Notes under the pieces: generated by a model
What the model saw: the letters and a program-made list of their open reading frames with translations, nothing else
The model's database searches: none
Told to the model about the DNA's origin: nothing
Part shown: positions 62,503 through 64,000 of the stretch, in pieces
Position numbering within the stretch: position 1 is the first letter of the stretch
How the letters are laid out: each line of letters begins with the position of its first letter
Program-made: the position numbers and the translations under genes
From: Myxococcales bacterium
GTDB taxonomy: Bacteria; Myxococcota_A; Polyangia; Palsa-1104
Direction of reading: 5' to 3'
Assembly: GCA_028287105.1 (NCBI GenBank)
Contig: JAQBQH010000289.1
Span: 4,544-68,543 of the forward strand
Length of the DNA: 64,000 nt

Positions 62503-63347
62503 TGCGCACCGCAATCGTGATGATGGCCTTGTTGGCGCCGCTTTCGGCGTTCGCCGGTCGGGGCGGCTCGACGGTGGCAATCAAGGCGGCAGCGCAGTCC
62601 GGCTCGGCCGACGCCATCGTGGCGGAGCTGGAGCGCGCCGAGTTCCTCGCCTGCCTCTCGTGCATCGACGCGGTCCTGCCGCTGGTCGATCACGAGTCGG
62701 CCAGGGTGCGGGACGCGGCCGGTTGGTGGCTGGGACGGCGCGGCGTGCGCAGTCAGGTCATCTCGACCATGCAGGCGCGTCTCGCGGGCGGCGACCCGGT
62801 GGCGGCGCGCAACGCCGGCGACGTGCTGGCGGCGATGCGCGACTACACGACGCTGCCGGCGCTGACCACGTACCTCAGTCAGCCGCTCGACGAGGAGTCG
62901 GGCGTCTCCGTGGCGCGCGCCGTCGGGATCATCGGCCATCCCTCGGCAGTCGCGACGCTGCAGGGTGCGCTCGCCTCGCCGCTGTCGGGCGTGCGGGCGC
63001 AGGCGGCCGCTTCCTTGCGCCAGCTGCGCGCACCGGCCGGCAAGAAGGTCGCCGCGTCGGCGCCGGCGCTCTTGCCGCTGCTCGGTGACAGTGACGCGGG
63101 CGTGCGCCGCGAGGCCATCATGACGCTCGGATTCGTCGGCCAGTCGGGCGGCGATGTCTCGGGCGCCGTCGCGGCGCTGTCGGCCGTGGCGACGGGTGAC
63201 GCCTCACCCGGTGTGCGCAAGGCGGCGGCGTGGGCGCTCGGCGAGATGAAGGATGGCGCGGCGCGTCCTGCGCTGCAGGCCGCCCAGTCCGACTCCGATC
63301 CGCTGGTGCGGTCGATTGCGACCGCCGCGCTCGCCAACCTGCGGTAA
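62502..63347 (+). CDS. Secreted HEAT-repeat protein
   Basis: TAATG overlap; signal peptide; CLSC; repeated D....VR..AA.ALG. Confidence 0.85.
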   Translation: MRTAIVMMALLAPLSAFAGRGGSTVAIKAAAQSGSADAIVAELERAEFLACLSCIDAVLPLVDHESARVRDAAGWWLGRRGVRSQVISTMQARLAGGDPVAARNAGDVLAAMRDYTTLPALTTYLSQPLDEESGVSVARAVGIIGHPSAVATLQGALASPLSGVRAQAAASLRQLRAPAGKKVAASAPALLPLLGDSDAGVRREAIMTLGFVGQSGGDVSGAVAALSAVATGDASPGVRKAAAWALGEMKDGAARPALQAAQSDSDPLVRSIATAALANLR

Positions 63348-63359
63348 AATCCTGCCGGG

Positions 63360-64000
63360 ATGCATTACCCTCGACTATTACTAGGCTCCCTCCTCGCGCT
63401 CTCGGCGGTCGGTTGTGACGACCAGCCGGCGGCGGGCCCCAAATATTACGAGCGGGTCATCCAGCCGATCCTGACGCAGAACTGCGTCTTCAATCAGGGC
63501 GCCTGCCACAAGGACGACGGCAAGGGCAACGCGCTCGGCAACCTCGACCTCACCAGCTACGCCGCGCTCTCGAAGCGCAAGGACGTCCTGCGCACCTACG
63601 GCTCCTTCCCCGTGCCGCTCCTGCTCCTCAAGGCGTCGGGCGCGCAGGTGCCGCCCATCCCGTACAAGGGTAAGACCGACGGCAAGACCGACTTCTACCC
63701 ATCGGAGATCGAGCATGCCGGCGGCGCTACGCTCGGCGTCACGTCGTCGGCGTTCCTCGAGCTGCAGAAGTGGCTCGCCAACGGCGCGCAGGAGGACGGC
63801 TCCGTCGTCAACAAGCCCCAGCAGATGGGGACCGGCGACTGCAATCCGAACTTCATGACGGTGCGCCCCGACGTCGCCGCGCAGCTGCCGACGGTGGATA
63901 CGAGCTCGGCCGCGTTCAAGCAGTTCACCGCCGACGTCGAGCCGGTGGTCACGCAGAGCTGCGCGTTCTCGACCTGTCACTCGGGCGAGCAGTCCGACTT
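63360..64000 (+). CDS. Lipoprotein with planctomycete-cytochrome-c-like domains, atypical CXnCH (3' truncated; not in ORF track)
   Basis: MHYPRLLLGSLLALSAVGC; IQPILTQNCVFNQGACH...GNLDLTSY...HAGG...KWLANGA; VEPVVTQSCAFSTCH. Confidence 0.8.
   Translation, partial: MHYPRLLLGSLLALSAVGCDDQPAAGPKYYERVIQPILTQNCVFNQGACHKDDGKGNALGNLDLTSYAALSKRKDVLRTYGSFPVPLLLLKASGAQVPPIPYKGKTDGKTDFYPSEIEHAGGATLGVTSSAFLELQKWLANGAQEDGSVVNKPQQMGTGDCNPNFMTVRPDVAAQLPTVDTSSAAFKQFTADVEPVVTQSCAFSTCHSGEQSD

Noticed and set aside
58699-62580. 1293-aa minus-strand ORF and many other long Arg/Ala-rich ORFs
   Set aside because: These are antisense or off-frame shadows of well-supported genes, typical of high-GC codon bias, and contain no recognisable motifs.

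Overview
A GC-rich, gene-dense bacterial chromosomal window. It most likely comes from Myxococcota (Polyangia-like), inferred from the several Hanks-type kinases and a pseudokinase, the FHA/PEGA proteins, a tandem-PilZ protein and the many lipoproteins. About 68 CDS are supportable. Core functions include pheA-hisC-tyrA-aroA, pyrR-pyrB with divergent pyrC-carA, coaBC-UDG, rpmB, tex, ridA, bcp, msrAB, a dsbD-like gene, kamDE and exbBD, interleaved with signalling and envelope genes. I found no tRNA, rRNA or CRISPR array. One degraded IS5-family remnant is present. The main observations are: (1) an envelope gene cluster with a hydrazine-synthase-alpha-like diheme lipoprotein, a secreted HEAT protein and a second lipoprotein with atypical CX6CH/CX4CH motifs, truncated at the window end; (2) a PcyA-like ferredoxin-dependent bilin reductase homolog coupled to bcp, with no heme oxygenase nearby; (3) a full-length but catalytically degenerate HisRS paralog; (4) a recurrent TANNNT-N6-start signature suggesting widespread leaderless mRNAs, including two divergent genes that share one CATG; (5) several unannotated small proteins and a probable CTG start. 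All family assignments come from motif recognition by eye, without database searches.
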